Positions 10,425 to 20,672 of a DNA stretch of 64,000 bases are shown piece by piece (the stretch's first letter is position 1; each line of letters opens with the position of its first letter). The notes under the pieces were generated by a model. It was not told the origin of the DNA. It searched no databases and worked only from the letters and a program-made list of their open reading frames with translations. Both the position numbers and the translations under genes were made by a program. Source of the DNA: Gemmatales bacterium (GTDB taxonomy: Bacteria; Planctomycetota; Planctomycetia; Gemmatales; HRBIN36). The DNA is taken from assembly GCA_041640595.1 (NCBI GenBank), contig JBEPZY010000003.1, positions 212,773 to 276,772 on the forward strand. Direction: 5' to 3'.

Positions 10425-11291
10425 ATGTACTATCTCGACCCGCACATCCACATGATTTCTCGCGTCACCGATGACTATGAGCGGATGGCCCAGTGTGGCT
10501 GCCTGGCGGTGAGCGAACCGGCGTTCTGGGCCGGATTCGATCGGGCCAGCGCTTACGGTTTTCTGGATTACTTCCGGCACCTGGTGGAGTTTGAACCGAA
10601 ACGAGCGGCTCAGTACGGCATCCGGCATTTTTGCTGGCTGTGCATCAATGCCAAAGAAGCGGAAAACGTGTCGCTGGCGCGCGAGGTGATTCGTCTGATC
10701 CCGCAATTTCTCGATCGGCCAAACGTGCTGGGCATCGGCGAAATCGGTTTGAACAAGAACACACGCAATGAAGCCACGGTTTTCCTGGAACAGGTGGATC
10801 TGGCCGCGCGTTACGACGAGCTTATCCTCATCCACACGCCGCATCTGGAAGACAAGTACATGGGCACGCGAATGATTATTGACATGCTCCAGTCCGACAG
10901 CCGGATTCGCCCCGAGCATGTTTTGATTGACCACGTCGAGGAACACACCATCCGCCACGCCCTGGATGCGGGGTACTGGTGCGCGATGACCCTGTATCCG
11001 ACGACCAAGTGCACTCCCCAACGTGCCGCGGATATGATTGAGATGTACGGCACGGAAAGGATTATGGTGAACTCGGCCGGCGACTGGGGACCTTCCGATC
11101 CGCTGGCAGTACCAAAATTCATTCAGGAGATGAAGCGTCGCGGCCACAGCGAAGCGGCGATTCGCCGCATCGTTTTGGAAAATCCGCTCACCTTTTTCCG
11201 CCAGTGCCGGCGCTGGCCTCACGATTGGGAAGAAACGCTCAACGGCCAGCTTGCTGCCAGCGAATCCCCAGCGGTGGCGGTTATGGCCTGA
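10425..11291 (+). CDS. TatD-family metal-dependent hydrolase (EboB-like)
   Basis: [31 protein letters not shown] motifs; GAGGAG ribosome-binding site. Confidence 0.85.
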   Translation: MYYLDPHIHMISRVTDDYERMAQCGCLAVSEPAFWAGFDRASAYGFLDYFRHLVEFEPKRAAQYGIRHFCWLCINAKEAENVSLAREVIRLIPQFLDRPNVLGIGEIGLNKNTRNEATVFLEQVDLAARYDELILIHTPHLEDKYMGTRMIIDMLQSDSRIRPEHVLIDHVEEHTIRHALDAGYWCAMTLYPTTKCTPQRAADMIEMYGTERIMVNSAGDWGPSDPLAVPKFIQEMKRRGHSEAAIRRIVLENPLTFFRQCRRWPHDWEETLNGQLAASESPAVAVMA

Positions 11292-11408
11292 ACCAGGGAA
11301 AATTTTTACGGCGGGCACGGGAACTTTCCAGCAGGCTTGGCGGTCTAAGCTAATGCAGGCGACGAGAGGCCCAGTGGCGAAAGTAAACCTTACACAAAAG
11401 GAGGTTCA

Positions 11409-12746
11409 ATGATGTGGACTCCTGCCATCCCAGAACAGATGAGTCGGCGGCATTTCTTGCAGCACGTGGCGGGTTTCTCGCTCATGGCCGGCGCCAGCCA
11501 GCAGTTCCTGCAGAATATTCTGGCGGCAGCACCCAGCTTGAAGCGGGAGCATAAGTCGCTGATTATTTTCTGGATGGGCGGTGGTCCCAGCCACATGGAC
11601 ACCTGGGACCTGAAACCAGGCCAACCGACCGGTGGCGAGTTCCGGCCTATGAAGACGAAGGTTCCCGGTGTCGAAATTTGCGAGCACATGCCCAAGATCG
11701 CCGAGCAGATTGACAGCCTGGCGATTATCCGTTCCCTGGTCAGCAACGAAGCCGATCACGGCCGCGGCACATACAAGATGCATACCGCCTATGCCCCGAA
11801 CCCGGCGATTCAATTCCCCTCGATCGGTTCGGTAGTGTGTCATCTGATCACGCCCAAGGATTTAGCTTTGCCGGGCTTTATCAGCATCAGCCGGCCAGCG
11901 GAGGGACCTGGTTTCCTGGGCATGGCTTACGCACCGTTCACCGTGCAAAATCCCGGTACGCCGCCTCAAAATATCAATCCGCCCCGCGAACTAGCGGACG
12001 AAAAAAGTGTAGAGGCCCAGATGCGCTTGCGGAATCGGTACAGGTTGCTTGGGCTGGTAGAACAGAACTTTGTCAATGAAGATCGCGGCGAGGCAGCCAA
12101 GGCCCATCTGGACGTGTACAGCAAAGCTTTCGACCTGACCGCTTCCAAGCTCAAGAATGTTTTCGACCTGACCCGAGAAAACGACGGCCGGCCAATTGAC
12201 CCGAAAGTGCGCGAAGCCTATGGCAATAATCCCTTCGGCCAGGGCTGCTTGCTGGCGCGGAAGCTGGTGGAGGTAGGTGTACCGGCCATCGAAATATCGC
12301 TGGGCGGCTGGGATAATCACAGTAACATCTTCAACACCCTGCACAACAATTCTGCCCAAGGCGGTCTGGTGGACCGTCTTGACCGTGGCATGGGTACGCT
12401 CATCCGCGAACTGAAGGAACGCGGGCTTTTGCAGCATACCGTGCTGCTCTGGATGGGCGAGTTTGGCCGAACTCCGCGCATCAACCAGAACAACGGCCGC
12501 GATCACTGGGCACGTTGCTGGTCGGTGGTCATTGGCGGTGGGCCGATCAAAGGCGGTCAGGTGTACGGCGCTACTACTGCGGATGGTATGGACATCAAAG
12601 ACAAACCGTGCACCGTTGGTGACCTGTTCGCCACTGTCTATCAGGCGCTGGGCATCGCTCCGGAAACGCAGATCCGCGATCCGCTTGGTCGTCCACGCAA
12701 GATCACCGGCGAACGGGGTGGGAAAGTGCTGGAAGGTTTGCTGTAA
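11409..12746 (+). CDS. DUF1501 domain protein with Tat-like signal
   Basis: SRRHFL, WMGGGPSHMDTWDLKP, GWDNH, GEFGRTPRIN...GRDHW. Confidence 0.9.
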   Translation: MMWTPAIPEQMSRRHFLQHVAGFSLMAGASQQFLQNILAAAPSLKREHKSLIIFWMGGGPSHMDTWDLKPGQPTGGEFRPMKTKVPGVEICEHMPKIAEQIDSLAIIRSLVSNEADHGRGTYKMHTAYAPNPAIQFPSIGSVVCHLITPKDLALPGFISISRPAEGPGFLGMAYAPFTVQNPGTPPQNINPPRELADEKSVEAQMRLRNRYRLLGLVEQNFVNEDRGEAAKAHLDVYSKAFDLTASKLKNVFDLTRENDGRPIDPKVREAYGNNPFGQGCLLARKLVEVGVPAIEISLGGWDNHSNIFNTLHNNSAQGGLVDRLDRGMGTLIRELKERGLLQHTVLLWMGEFGRTPRINQNNGRDHWARCWSVVIGGGPIKGGQVYGATTADGMDIKDKPCTVGDLFATVYQALGIAPETQIRDPLGRPRKITGERGGKVLEGLL

Positions 12747-12838
12747 GCGCAGCAACGCACCCTCACCTTGGCCGCCCATTCTCAAACCGTCTGGGCATGT
12801 AAGTCCGTCGCCAAGTAGCTGATCGCAAAGGAACCAGA

Positions 12839-12862
12839 GGCGGGCACTGTCCCGCCTTTTTT
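12839..12862 (+). terminator. Rho-independent terminator
   Basis: ggcggg-cactgt-cccgcc stem-loop followed by T6, downstream of the DUF1501 gene. Confidence 0.7.
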
Positions 12863-12939
12863 ATTGAATTCAGGACAAAGGTCGTCTCACGCTTTTTCCA
12901 TCGGCAGATGTTGCTGAAGCGCCGAAGCCGGCAGCTCGG

Positions 12940-14538
12940 TCAGTCTATCGGCGGAGAAATACGCAGGAGCGTTCGCGCTGCTGCACCCCGTACTTGCGGA
13001 TCGCTATCCCGCAGCAACGCTGTCAAGGCAGGACGGAGGTGATACGCCCGGCTGCCGTAATGTTCTAAAACTCGACACGCCTCGATTCGCACCGCAGCCG
13101 TCTCGGATCGTAAAGCCATTTCCAGGCCGGCGAGCCATTCCCCTGGTAAATTGTCTCGCCGCTGTTCTGCAAATTCGCGGATAGCCGTCAGTACTTCCTG
13201 AAGCACCTGGGGATCACGCTGCGGCTGGGCTACTCCGACATGTGCAGGGGCGAAAGGCCCGGCAGGAATGCCCGGCCACGGCATAGTCATTTGCAGTAAC
13301 AACTCGCCCAGTTCTTGCCGGGCAGCATCTAAACACCTGTTCCAGGTCCGCAACGTCTGGGCCAGACGCAACCGCACACCCAGTTCATCTTCTTCCAGCA
13401 AACGCGCTGCCAGCACTCGGGCAATGTGCTCTTGTTCCTCCTGACGCAGATGTGCTGCCCGGTTCGCTGTCAAACACCGTGCCATTGTCCAGCGGACCCA
13501 GGGATTGTCGCCAGCCAGACCCGCGAGCAAGGACTGGTAGGTTTCGGAATTAATCGGCGTTATGTTTTCCAGTGCCGAAGCCGCCGCTAATTTCGCCGCC
13601 GCGGATCGGTCTTCACGAACTACCCTGAGCAGGGCGGGTATGAATTGGCGAAGCTGTTGCTCCAACCGCACCGCCATTTTTTCGCCCGCCGGTTGCAAAT
13701 CGCTGTGTCGTAGTAGCGGAGGCAGTTCCCCAAGTGCTTCCAGGGTCTCGCCAATGAGTTGACGGACTGACGCATGCGGCAAGGCCAGATTATCGGCCAG
13801 CGACGATCCCAGATGCTCGAGCAGGGCCGTCAGGTCGCGCACTGCCGCCAGCGTGGAGGCTCGCATTTTTTCCTCGCGGAAAGCATCCTGCTGGCCGATC
13901 AGCCGTTGTGGCAAGGCGGTCAATGCTCCATGCAGCGTGCGCAGCGTGGCCTGGCGCACCGCAATTTCATGATGTCGCAGGCCCAGATCCCATACCGTCT
14001 GCAAGGCCAGCAAATCCGCCGCCAGTCGCTCCACCAGTTCGAGAGTCCGCAACTCCGCGTGTGGATTGTTCAATTCACGGAGCGAAAACTCCAGCCATTC
14101 CGCCAGTGATTCCGCACCAGCCAGCGCAACCTTCGGGGAGCGGTCCTGCAACAACGCTGCCCATGTTTGCCGCACCTCCTCGTTCCGCAAATCCGGTTGC
14201 AAAGCAGCCAGGGTATGAATCGCCGCCTCTCGAACCATCGGCTCACGGTCATTACGTGCCATCTCCGCCACTTTTGCCGCCAAACTCCGCAAACTTTGCA
14301 GTTCCTGGAGCATTTTCCTGCGCGCATCGGGAGCAGCCTGCCGCAGGTTCGTTTGCAGCTGGCGAACACGCTCGTGCATCCAGGTCAGAGCCGCCAGGCG
14401 AATTGTACCATCCACCGAACCCAGCCAGGCGGATACCTGGACTGGCTCATCCTGAGTCCAACCCTTGCCGACCAGAAACATAGCCAACACCAGTCCGATA
14501 AGCAAGGCCCGTCGGCCTGCACTGCCCAGGTCGCGCAT
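12940..14538 (-). CDS. HEAT-repeat protein with N-terminal signal/TM segment
   Basis: Repeated D..P.VR.AA...L helical motifs (DREPMVREAA, DNPWVRWTMA, DSDPQVRGAAA). Confidence 0.75.
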   Translation of the reverse strand: MRDLGSAGRRALLIGLVLAMFLVGKGWTQDEPVQVSAWLGSVDGTIRLAALTWMHERVRQLQTNLRQAAPDARRKMLQELQSLRSLAAKVAEMARNDREPMVREAAIHTLAALQPDLRNEEVRQTWAALLQDRSPKVALAGAESLAEWLEFSLRELNNPHAELRTLELVERLAADLLALQTVWDLGLRHHEIAVRQATLRTLHGALTALPQRLIGQQDAFREEKMRASTLAAVRDLTALLEHLGSSLADNLALPHASVRQLIGETLEALGELPPLLRHSDLQPAGEKMAVRLEQQLRQFIPALLRVVREDRSAAAKLAAASALENITPINSETYQSLLAGLAGDNPWVRWTMARCLTANRAAHLRQEEQEHIARVLAARLLEEDELGVRLRLAQTLRTWNRCLDAARQELGELLLQMTMPWPGIPAGPFAPAHVGVAQPQRDPQVLQEVLTAIREFAEQRRDNLPGEWLAGLEMALRSETAAVRIEACRVLEHYGSRAYHLRPALTALLRDSDPQVRGAAARTLLRISPPID

Positions 14539-14725
14539 ACCCAGCTCCTGTATGCGACGCCAGTCAATTCGTCTCGGCGTTATCCTGCTCGCAAATAATC
14601 ACGTATGGCTTCCTGCGGCCAGGGATGCAATGGGCACACAGTTTTTCAGCCACTCTGCCCCGTGAAGCTTGCCCAGTGCACTAATCACTAATCCCAGACG
14701 CGACTAACTTCGGTGGTGTTCCAGG

Positions 14726-14820
14726 GTGCACTATCCCCCATGCCAGTATCGGCAGTCGGCTTCGCCCCGCGGTCGGCCCGACCATCCGCCCGTGCACTAT
14801 CCCCCATGCCAGTATCGGCA
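14726..14820. repeat. Perfect 29-bp direct repeat pair, 66-bp period
   Basis: gtgcactatcccccatgccagtatcggca at 14726-14754 and 14792-14820. Confidence 0.9.
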
Positions 14821-15085
14821 CCCCCTCCAGGTGCACCGAAACAACACATTTCCGCCTGCGATGGGCCGCGAGTATTCTACTCAGTGCGACCGTATAACTT
14901 TCGCAAGCCTACCCGCTTTTCCTGTCCGGTATCCACGTCAAATCCACGAATCGCGGCCAGCGGAAACTGAAACTTTCATCTCCGTGGACTAAATCCCTTA
15001 CATCTAATGCCCCGGTATTCGGCGGATAATACCGTGCAGCAAGCGGTGGCGCGGAGGGTGACGAAATCGGGAAGCGGCTTGGAGA

Positions 15086-15826
15086 TCAACTCAGCACACG
15101 GGCGAGGAATTTGCGAGCCCGAGGGGTTTTGGGATTGTCAAGCACCTCGGCCGGTGTGCCTTCTTCGAGGATGCGTCCCTCGGCGAATATGCAAACGCGG
15201 TCAGCGACGCGGCGAGCGAAGCCGACTTCGTGCGTCACCACGACCAGGGTCAGTCCCTCGCGTTTCAGATCGGCCAGCACTTCCAGCACTTCCCATTTCA
15301 GTTCGGGATCGAGGGCACTGGTAATTTCGTCGCAGAGCAATCCCTTCGGCCCAATGGCCAGGGCACGGGCAATGGCGACCCGTTGTTTTTCCCCGCCGGA
15401 TAACTGTGCGGGAAAAGCCTCCGCACGGTGTTCGAGACCGACGCGATGCAGCAGTTTTCTCGCCAACTCGCGCGCCTGCGTGCGTGGCCAGCCCAGCACT
15501 AACCGTGGACCGATGGCCACGTTGTCCACGGCCCGTAAGTGCGGAAACAGTGCAAAGTCCTGGAAGACCATGCCCAGCTGCCGACGTATCTGCCAGGCCA
15601 CTTCGTGGGGCGTTTTGCCAGGATGCAAGACGATTTCCCCAACCCGCACCTGGCCGGCATCGAATGGGGTCAGGGCGTTGAGACAGCGAAGCAGCGTGGA
15701 TTTGCCGCTCCCACTCGGTCCCAGGATGGCCAGAGTTTCGCCCTGGTGGACGGTCAAATCCAGGTTGTCGAGCACGGTGCGTTCGCCGAAGCGTTTTACC
15801 AGGCCGCGGACCTCGATGGTGAACAT
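15086..15826 (-). CDS. Polar amino acid ABC transporter ATP-binding protein
   Basis: GPSGSGKST, LSGGEKQRVAIARAL, DEITSALDPE, VTHE; start set at MFTIEV. Confidence 0.92.
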   Translation of the reverse strand: MFTIEVRGLVKRFGERTVLDNLDLTVHQGETLAILGPSGSGKSTLLRCLNALTPFDAGQVRVGEIVLHPGKTPHEVAWQIRRQLGMVFQDFALFPHLRAVDNVAIGPRLVLGWPRTQARELARKLLHRVGLEHRAEAFPAQLSGGEKQRVAIARALAIGPKGLLCDEITSALDPELKWEVLEVLADLKREGLTLVVVTHEVGFARRVADRVCIFAEGRILEEGTPAEVLDNPKTPRARKFLARVLS

Positions 15827-15843
15827 GGAGAGCGTCCGATCGG

Positions 15844-17481
15844 TCAGGGATGCCCTTCTGCCAGCTGGCCGCCGTGCCAGCGTGCCTCCAGCCAGCGCGA
15901 CAGGTAACCCAGCGGTATAGCCATAAGCAAATAGAGCGACGCGGTCGCCAGTCCGATTTCGACCAGGGCGGTGTAATCGGCTCCGGAGGTGGAGAGAATC
16001 TGGTACTGTTTGCTGAGTTCCACGACGGTAATGGTCCCGGCCAAACTGGTGTCTTTGAAAAGTGCGATAAAGTCGGTCGTGGAAGGAGGCAAAATGATGC
16101 GTACCGCCTGGGGCAGGATGATGTATCGGAAAGTTTGTCGCCGCGTCAAACCGAGGCTGGCCGCCGCTTCCCACTGGGATTGGGGAATCGCCGTGATGGC
16201 AGCACGATAGATTTCCGCTTCGTAGGCGGCGTAGTTCAGTCCCAGGCCAATCACGGCGGTTACAAACGGCGACCAGCGCAGGGCAACATCCCAGTGCAGC
16301 ACCTGACCGATGGCGGGTAAGCCGAAATAGAGGAAGTACAGCAACAGCAGCACGGGCACACCGCGGAAAAATTCGACGTAGCCCAGTGCCAGCCAGCGTA
16401 GCGGTTGCGGGGCGTACAATCGGCACACCGCTACGACCAGGCCAACCACCACGGCAACCAGCATGCTCAGAACAGTTAGTTCCACCGTGATCCAGGCGGC
16501 ACGGATTAGCAGCGGAAAATAATTCCCGAACGACCAGCCGACTAACGGCGCCGGTGGAGCCAATTCCTGTTCCAACTCCAGGCCAAATCTGTTCGGCGGA
16601 TAGAGTTCCTCCTGGCTGGAGTTCCAGAGGCCCCATTTTTCATAGATTCGCCTGAGTTCGCCGCGCTCGATTAGTTTTTCCAGAGCCGCATCAAACTGCC
16701 GGGCCAGTTCCTCGTCGTGCTTGCGGAAAGCCATGGCGTAATAGCCGCGGCCACTGATAGGAGGTTCGATGGGTTTAATTCCTGGCTTGTTGCGAGCATG
16801 GTAAAGCACGATGGGAACGTCCAGCAGCACGGCATCCAGCCGCCCCACCGCCAAATCCTCGAAAGGCGTTACCTGGCTGTCGTAAAGCTGAACCGGAAGA
16901 TGGAGTTGTTCCAGCAACCGCGAGGCCGCCGTGTTTTCCAGTGTGCCCACCCGCGCTCGCCGCGCCACGCAATCCCGAAGGTTACGCAGGTCGCTGTCCT
17001 CCTGCCGCACTACCAGCTGCAATTTGAACACATAGTAAGGCCGGCTGAACCGCACCCGCTTTTGCCGATCGGGTGTCACTTCCAGGCCGTTCATTGCAAA
17101 ATCTATGTCGCCACGCTCGAGTCCTTCCAGGAGCTTCTTGAAATCGTACTGCTTATGTTCGATGCGTCGGCCCAGTTCCTTTTCGAGAGCCCGCACGATA
17201 TCCACTTCGAAGCCAATCAACTCGTCGGGCCGCTCGGGATCGTTGAAGATATAAGGGGCGCCACCTTCTGCATCGGCCCCCCAGCGTAGCGGTGGCAACT
17301 GAGCAACGACTTGCTCGTTAGCCGCAGGTGTCGTAGCAACGGCTGCCGCAGCGGTAAGCGACAAGGCCAGCGTCGCCAACAAAAAGAGCCTTGGAGTAGT
17401 CGCCTGGAGATGACAACTTGCAGGCCGAGCTTGCGATGCCCCGCCGCAACTCTTGTTTCCATAACCGACGTTGCCCACCAT
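15844..17481 (-). CDS. Amino acid ABC transporter, fused substrate-binding domain and permease
   Basis: SBP family 3 domain (GFEVDI, FSRPYY) followed by HisM-type permease (YVEFFRGVP, AAYEAEIYR, IILPQA, FKDTSL); start uncertain. Confidence 0.88.
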   Translation of the reverse strand: MVGNVGYGNKSCGGASQARPASCHLQATTPRLFLLATLALSLTAAAAVATTPAANEQVVAQLPPLRWGADAEGGAPYIFNDPERPDELIGFEVDIVRALEKELGRRIEHKQYDFKKLLEGLERGDIDFAMNGLEVTPDRQKRVRFSRPYYVFKLQLVVRQEDSDLRNLRDCVARRARVGTLENTAASRLLEQLHLPVQLYDSQVTPFEDLAVGRLDAVLLDVPIVLYHARNKPGIKPIEPPISGRGYYAMAFRKHDEELARQFDAALEKLIERGELRRIYEKWGLWNSSQEELYPPNRFGLELEQELAPPAPLVGWSFGNYFPLLIRAAWITVELTVLSMLVAVVVGLVVAVCRLYAPQPLRWLALGYVEFFRGVPVLLLLYFLYFGLPAIGQVLHWDVALRWSPFVTAVIGLGLNYAAYEAEIYRAAITAIPQSQWEAAASLGLTRRQTFRYIILPQAVRIILPPSTTDFIALFKDTSLAGTITVVELSKQYQILSTSGADYTALVEIGLATASLYLLMAIPLGYLSRWLEARWHGGQLAEGHP

Positions 17482-17486
17482 CTTCG

Positions 17487-18263
17487 CTAACGCTCCTCCC
17501 GCTCGATGCGCTGCCAGAGTTGGTCAATGGCTCGACGGAGAGCCGGGTCTGCCTGTTGCCGTTGTTCGTCCAAATAGGGTTTCGCAAGCCGGCCGAGGAT
17601 CAGTAAATCCCGTTCGGCCATGCGCCGAACAATCGGATCGGGATCGAGCAGCTTCGTCGCCTGACAGATGGGTCGTATTCCCGGTTTCAATTGCACATCT
17701 TCGCGTACCTGGACGAGCTGGCCCTTGGGATCGAACAGCAATTCGGCTGCGAGAAAGCCTTCGTTGCCAGCTTTGGCTACCACTTCGAGTCTGCCGTTCG
17801 CTGACAATCCCTGGGCTGTTTTGGCAACGCGCACGGATTCGTTGACCAGGCGAAACTGATAAAAACCGTCCTGACGCAGTTCACCGGCCAAAATCAACCA
17901 GGCTCGCACCGCTTGCGCTGCGGCTTTTTCCGTGTCCGCATGCACATGTTTTTGAAACCATCCGCGCAATTGTCCCGCATCACTGACAATATCCACAGTC
18001 CCCGACGGGGAAACGAAAAAGAGATTGTTGCTGCTCAGAGGTGCCGGCGGGATGCGGGCCACGGGGAATCGCGGATAACGCAAGAGAAACACCTGTGTCC
18101 CGGCAAGCACCGACTTGACTTCCCCATTCTCCAGATGTTGCACCGGTGCCGACGCTATGCCGAGCTGTTTGAGCTTGGCCTGCACCAGCGCTCGCGCCGA
18201 TTCAACGTCCAGGGGTTTGTCTTCGCTGAAACTAACCATCATCGCTATCAGCGTTAGCCACAT
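17487..18263 (-). CDS. Hypothetical exported protein
   Basis: 258-aa ORF with GGGGAG ribosome-binding site and short hydrophobic N-terminus; co-oriented with the ABC genes. Confidence 0.7.
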   Translation of the reverse strand: MWLTLIAMMVSFSEDKPLDVESARALVQAKLKQLGIASAPVQHLENGEVKSVLAGTQVFLLRYPRFPVARIPPAPLSSNNLFFVSPSGTVDIVSDAGQLRGWFQKHVHADTEKAAAQAVRAWLILAGELRQDGFYQFRLVNESVRVAKTAQGLSANGRLEVVAKAGNEGFLAAELLFDPKGQLVQVREDVQLKPGIRPICQATKLLDPDPIVRRMAERDLLILGRLAKPYLDEQRQQADPALRRAIDQLWQRIEREER

Positions 18264-18374
18264 GCTGGCTCCCCCTTGTTATTGTGTTGCGAACATCCAC
18301 CCTGTCGGCAATCGTCCCGTACCCCAGCAGGGTCAGCTCACGACTCGCAACATACTATTCGCCGGGCCAGATTC

Positions 18375-18474
18375 GGGCAACCATTTCCGAAGAGGAAAGG
18401 GAACTTGCGTTCTTGCAGGAGCGTCGCCAATTGCAGCCAGGCCAGGGTAACCATTTCCCAAGAGGAAAGGGAAC
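18375..18474. repeat. 30-bp direct repeat pair with internal palindrome, 70-bp period
   Basis: ggg(c/t)aaccatttcc(g/c)aagaggaaagggaac at 18375 and 18445; 28/30 identical; tttcc...ggaaa stem. Confidence 0.85.
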
Positions 18475-18796
18475 CGGAGCGAGCACGCAAGAACATCCGT
18501 CGCCATCCATCAGGTCGAGCCTCTGTCGGATTGGTGTCGAATCGTGGGCCGGGTATTTCGGCAGAGCTGCATCCACGCCTCCAGCGGGCACTTTCGGCGG
18601 CCAGGCAACCAGGTTCAACATCACAAGCCAGCCTGGATGTCAACCGAAGACAGCATCCGCGAGTGAAGCGGTTACGCTCGGCGAGGCTTGCCTGGACAAT
18701 TTTGCCAGTACGCCAGTTCCTGCCGATCACCCGAACCAGAATTCGCCCGCCCGGTATGTAAGCAGCAGTCGCCCGCTGGCTTGTGTACTTCACGGT

Positions 18797-19141
18797 TTAG
18801 CCCGGGGGCCAGTGCATTCGCCGACCACCCAGGAGATGCAAGTGCAGATGCGGGACGGATTGCCCTGCCTGTTCGCGGCAGTTCAAGACCAGGCGATAAC
18901 CTTGCTCCAGCCCGAGTTGTCGCGCCAACTGTGCCGCCACCCAATGCAGATGACCAAGCAGCTCCTTGTCCGCCTCGGTGATGTCAGCATGGGTGGGGAT
19001 GACTTTCTTGGGAATAATCAGGACGTGTACGGGTGCCTGCGGATTGATGTCGTGAAAGGCGAGACAGCGATCATCTTCGTACACAATGCGGGCCGGGATT
19101 TTTCGTTCGATTATCTTCAGGAAAATGTTGTCCTGCATCAT
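18797..19141 (-). CDS. HIT-family nucleotide-binding protein (HinT-like)
   Basis: DNIFLKII, FHDINPQAPVHVLIIPK, GQSVPHLHLHLLGGR. Confidence 0.93.
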   Translation of the reverse strand: MMQDNIFLKIIERKIPARIVYEDDRCLAFHDINPQAPVHVLIIPKKVIPTHADITEADKELLGHLHWVAAQLARQLGLEQGYRLVLNCREQAGQSVPHLHLHLLGGRRMHWPPG

Positions 19142-19489
19142 GGCAGTCTCCCCGCGAGCCATCGGCGAAAGAGCAGCCCATGCCGCGCGACGATCCGGTC
19201 GCCGCAACCATCACCCACTCGCGCGAGTCAGCGGATCAATAAATAAACGAGGGCGTCTGCCGGCCAGAGGGAGCGAGGGGTCCCTGCTTTGTGAAATACC
19301 CGTGCTTGCTTCCAGACGAGTGTATATTGGCCGAAAGAATGCGGCAGCGTGGGCCGGGAATCTGTGCCATACCTCGGATGCTTCTTGTGGCACCAGCATT
19401 AGGCGGAGCTGCCAGCCTTTGCGGTCAGGGATGCGGCTGGCCAGTCGCCGAAACCATCCATCACCGCGACGCAGTCCGGAGCTAAGTCG

Positions 19490-20599
19490 GTGTGGCAGAT
19501 TGGAATAGATGAGGCGGGCTACGGGCCGATCCTCGGACCGTTCGTGATGACGGCAACTGCCATCGGCCGACCGGGGGCTTTGCGGGCAAAGGAACCCTGG
19601 AAACTGCTCGAAAAAGTGACCGACCGAGCACGCGGACGCAAAAAGTCGGCCGATTCACAACAGTGGTTCGTCATTGCCGACTCCAAGCAGGTGCATCGTG
19701 GCTCGAACCGATTGGCGGAGCTGGAATTCCATACCCTCCCCGTTCTCTGGCCGTGGCTGGGAAGCGACCGGCGATTCCCTGCCCTGCTGGAGCGGCTGAG
19801 CGTCAGCGGTTTGCCGCAGGATATGGCGCTGGCGTGTTATCGCGCGGCGTTGACTCTGCCCATGTGTCACGGGGTGGACGAGATAATGCGCCGTGCCGAG
19901 GTGTGGCGCGAGCGGGTCAACCGGGCCGGGCTGGTGTTCGATGCACCGCGGATTTTCGTTTTGCTGCCACCGACGATCAATGCCCTGATCGCCAGGCACG
20001 GTACGAAAGCGGTGTTGCCCTGGCTGGGCTGGCGGGATTTGTTATCGGCATGGAATGCGATTCTGGCCCGCCACGCACTGGCCGAAACTTGCGAGGTCTG
20101 GTGTGACCGCTTGGGTGGACGGCAATATTACGCCGGTCTGCTTTGCGAATCTTTAACCGGCTGGCAACTGCAACATTATCTGGAAACGCCCCGGCAGTGT
20201 CGTTACGTGTTCACGGCCGAGGCAGAAACGTTGAGAGATGGTTCCTCGCAGGCCGTTTCGCAACAAGGTCGCAGACCATGCAGGCGGGGCCGGGAGCAAC
20301 CGGCACCAATCCGGCGTTCCGATGCCGCCAAATCCGCAGCGTCCGGTGAGCGGCAATGGACGGTGGTGGTCAGACCCGAAGCGGAAACGCGGTCGTTCGC
20401 GGTAGCCTTGGCCTCCATGATCAGCAAATACATCCGCGAGGTCTTCATGCACCACTTCAATAGCTACTGGCAGGAACAGATTCCCGGTCTGCGAGCGACC
20501 GCTGGTTATCCCCGCGATGGAGAGCGATTTCTGCGAGAGATCGAACCGGCCCGACAACGGTTGGGCCTGTCGGAAGCGCAGTTACGTCGCTGCCGGTGA
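19490..20599 (+). CDS. Ribonuclease HII-like protein
   Basis: GIDEAGYGPILGP, ADSK, CDRLGG, ALASMISKYIRE, GYP motifs. Confidence 0.75.
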   Translation: MWQIGIDEAGYGPILGPFVMTATAIGRPGALRAKEPWKLLEKVTDRARGRKKSADSQQWFVIADSKQVHRGSNRLAELEFHTLPVLWPWLGSDRRFPALLERLSVSGLPQDMALACYRAALTLPMCHGVDEIMRRAEVWRERVNRAGLVFDAPRIFVLLPPTINALIARHGTKAVLPWLGWRDLLSAWNAILARHALAETCEVWCDRLGGRQYYAGLLCESLTGWQLQHYLETPRQCRYVFTAEAETLRDGSSQAVSQQGRRPCRRGREQPAPIRRSDAAKSAASGERQWTVVVRPEAETRSFAVALASMISKYIREVFMHHFNSYWQEQIPGLRATAGYPRDGERFLREIEPARQRLGLSEAQLRRCR

Positions 20600-20672
20600 A
20601 GTTTGCCCATTCGGGAAACACACGGGCGAAGTTTCTGGGAAGCCGCACCGTCCCGTGGAGCGGTGGAACGTG

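Noticed and set aside
15827..16636. N-terminal extension of the 516-aa ABC ATPase ORF
   Set aside because: It overlaps the permease in another frame; the ATPase domain starts at ATG 15826
18284..19246. 320-aa plus-strand ORF
   Set aside because: Largely antisense to the HIT gene, low complexity, and no motif
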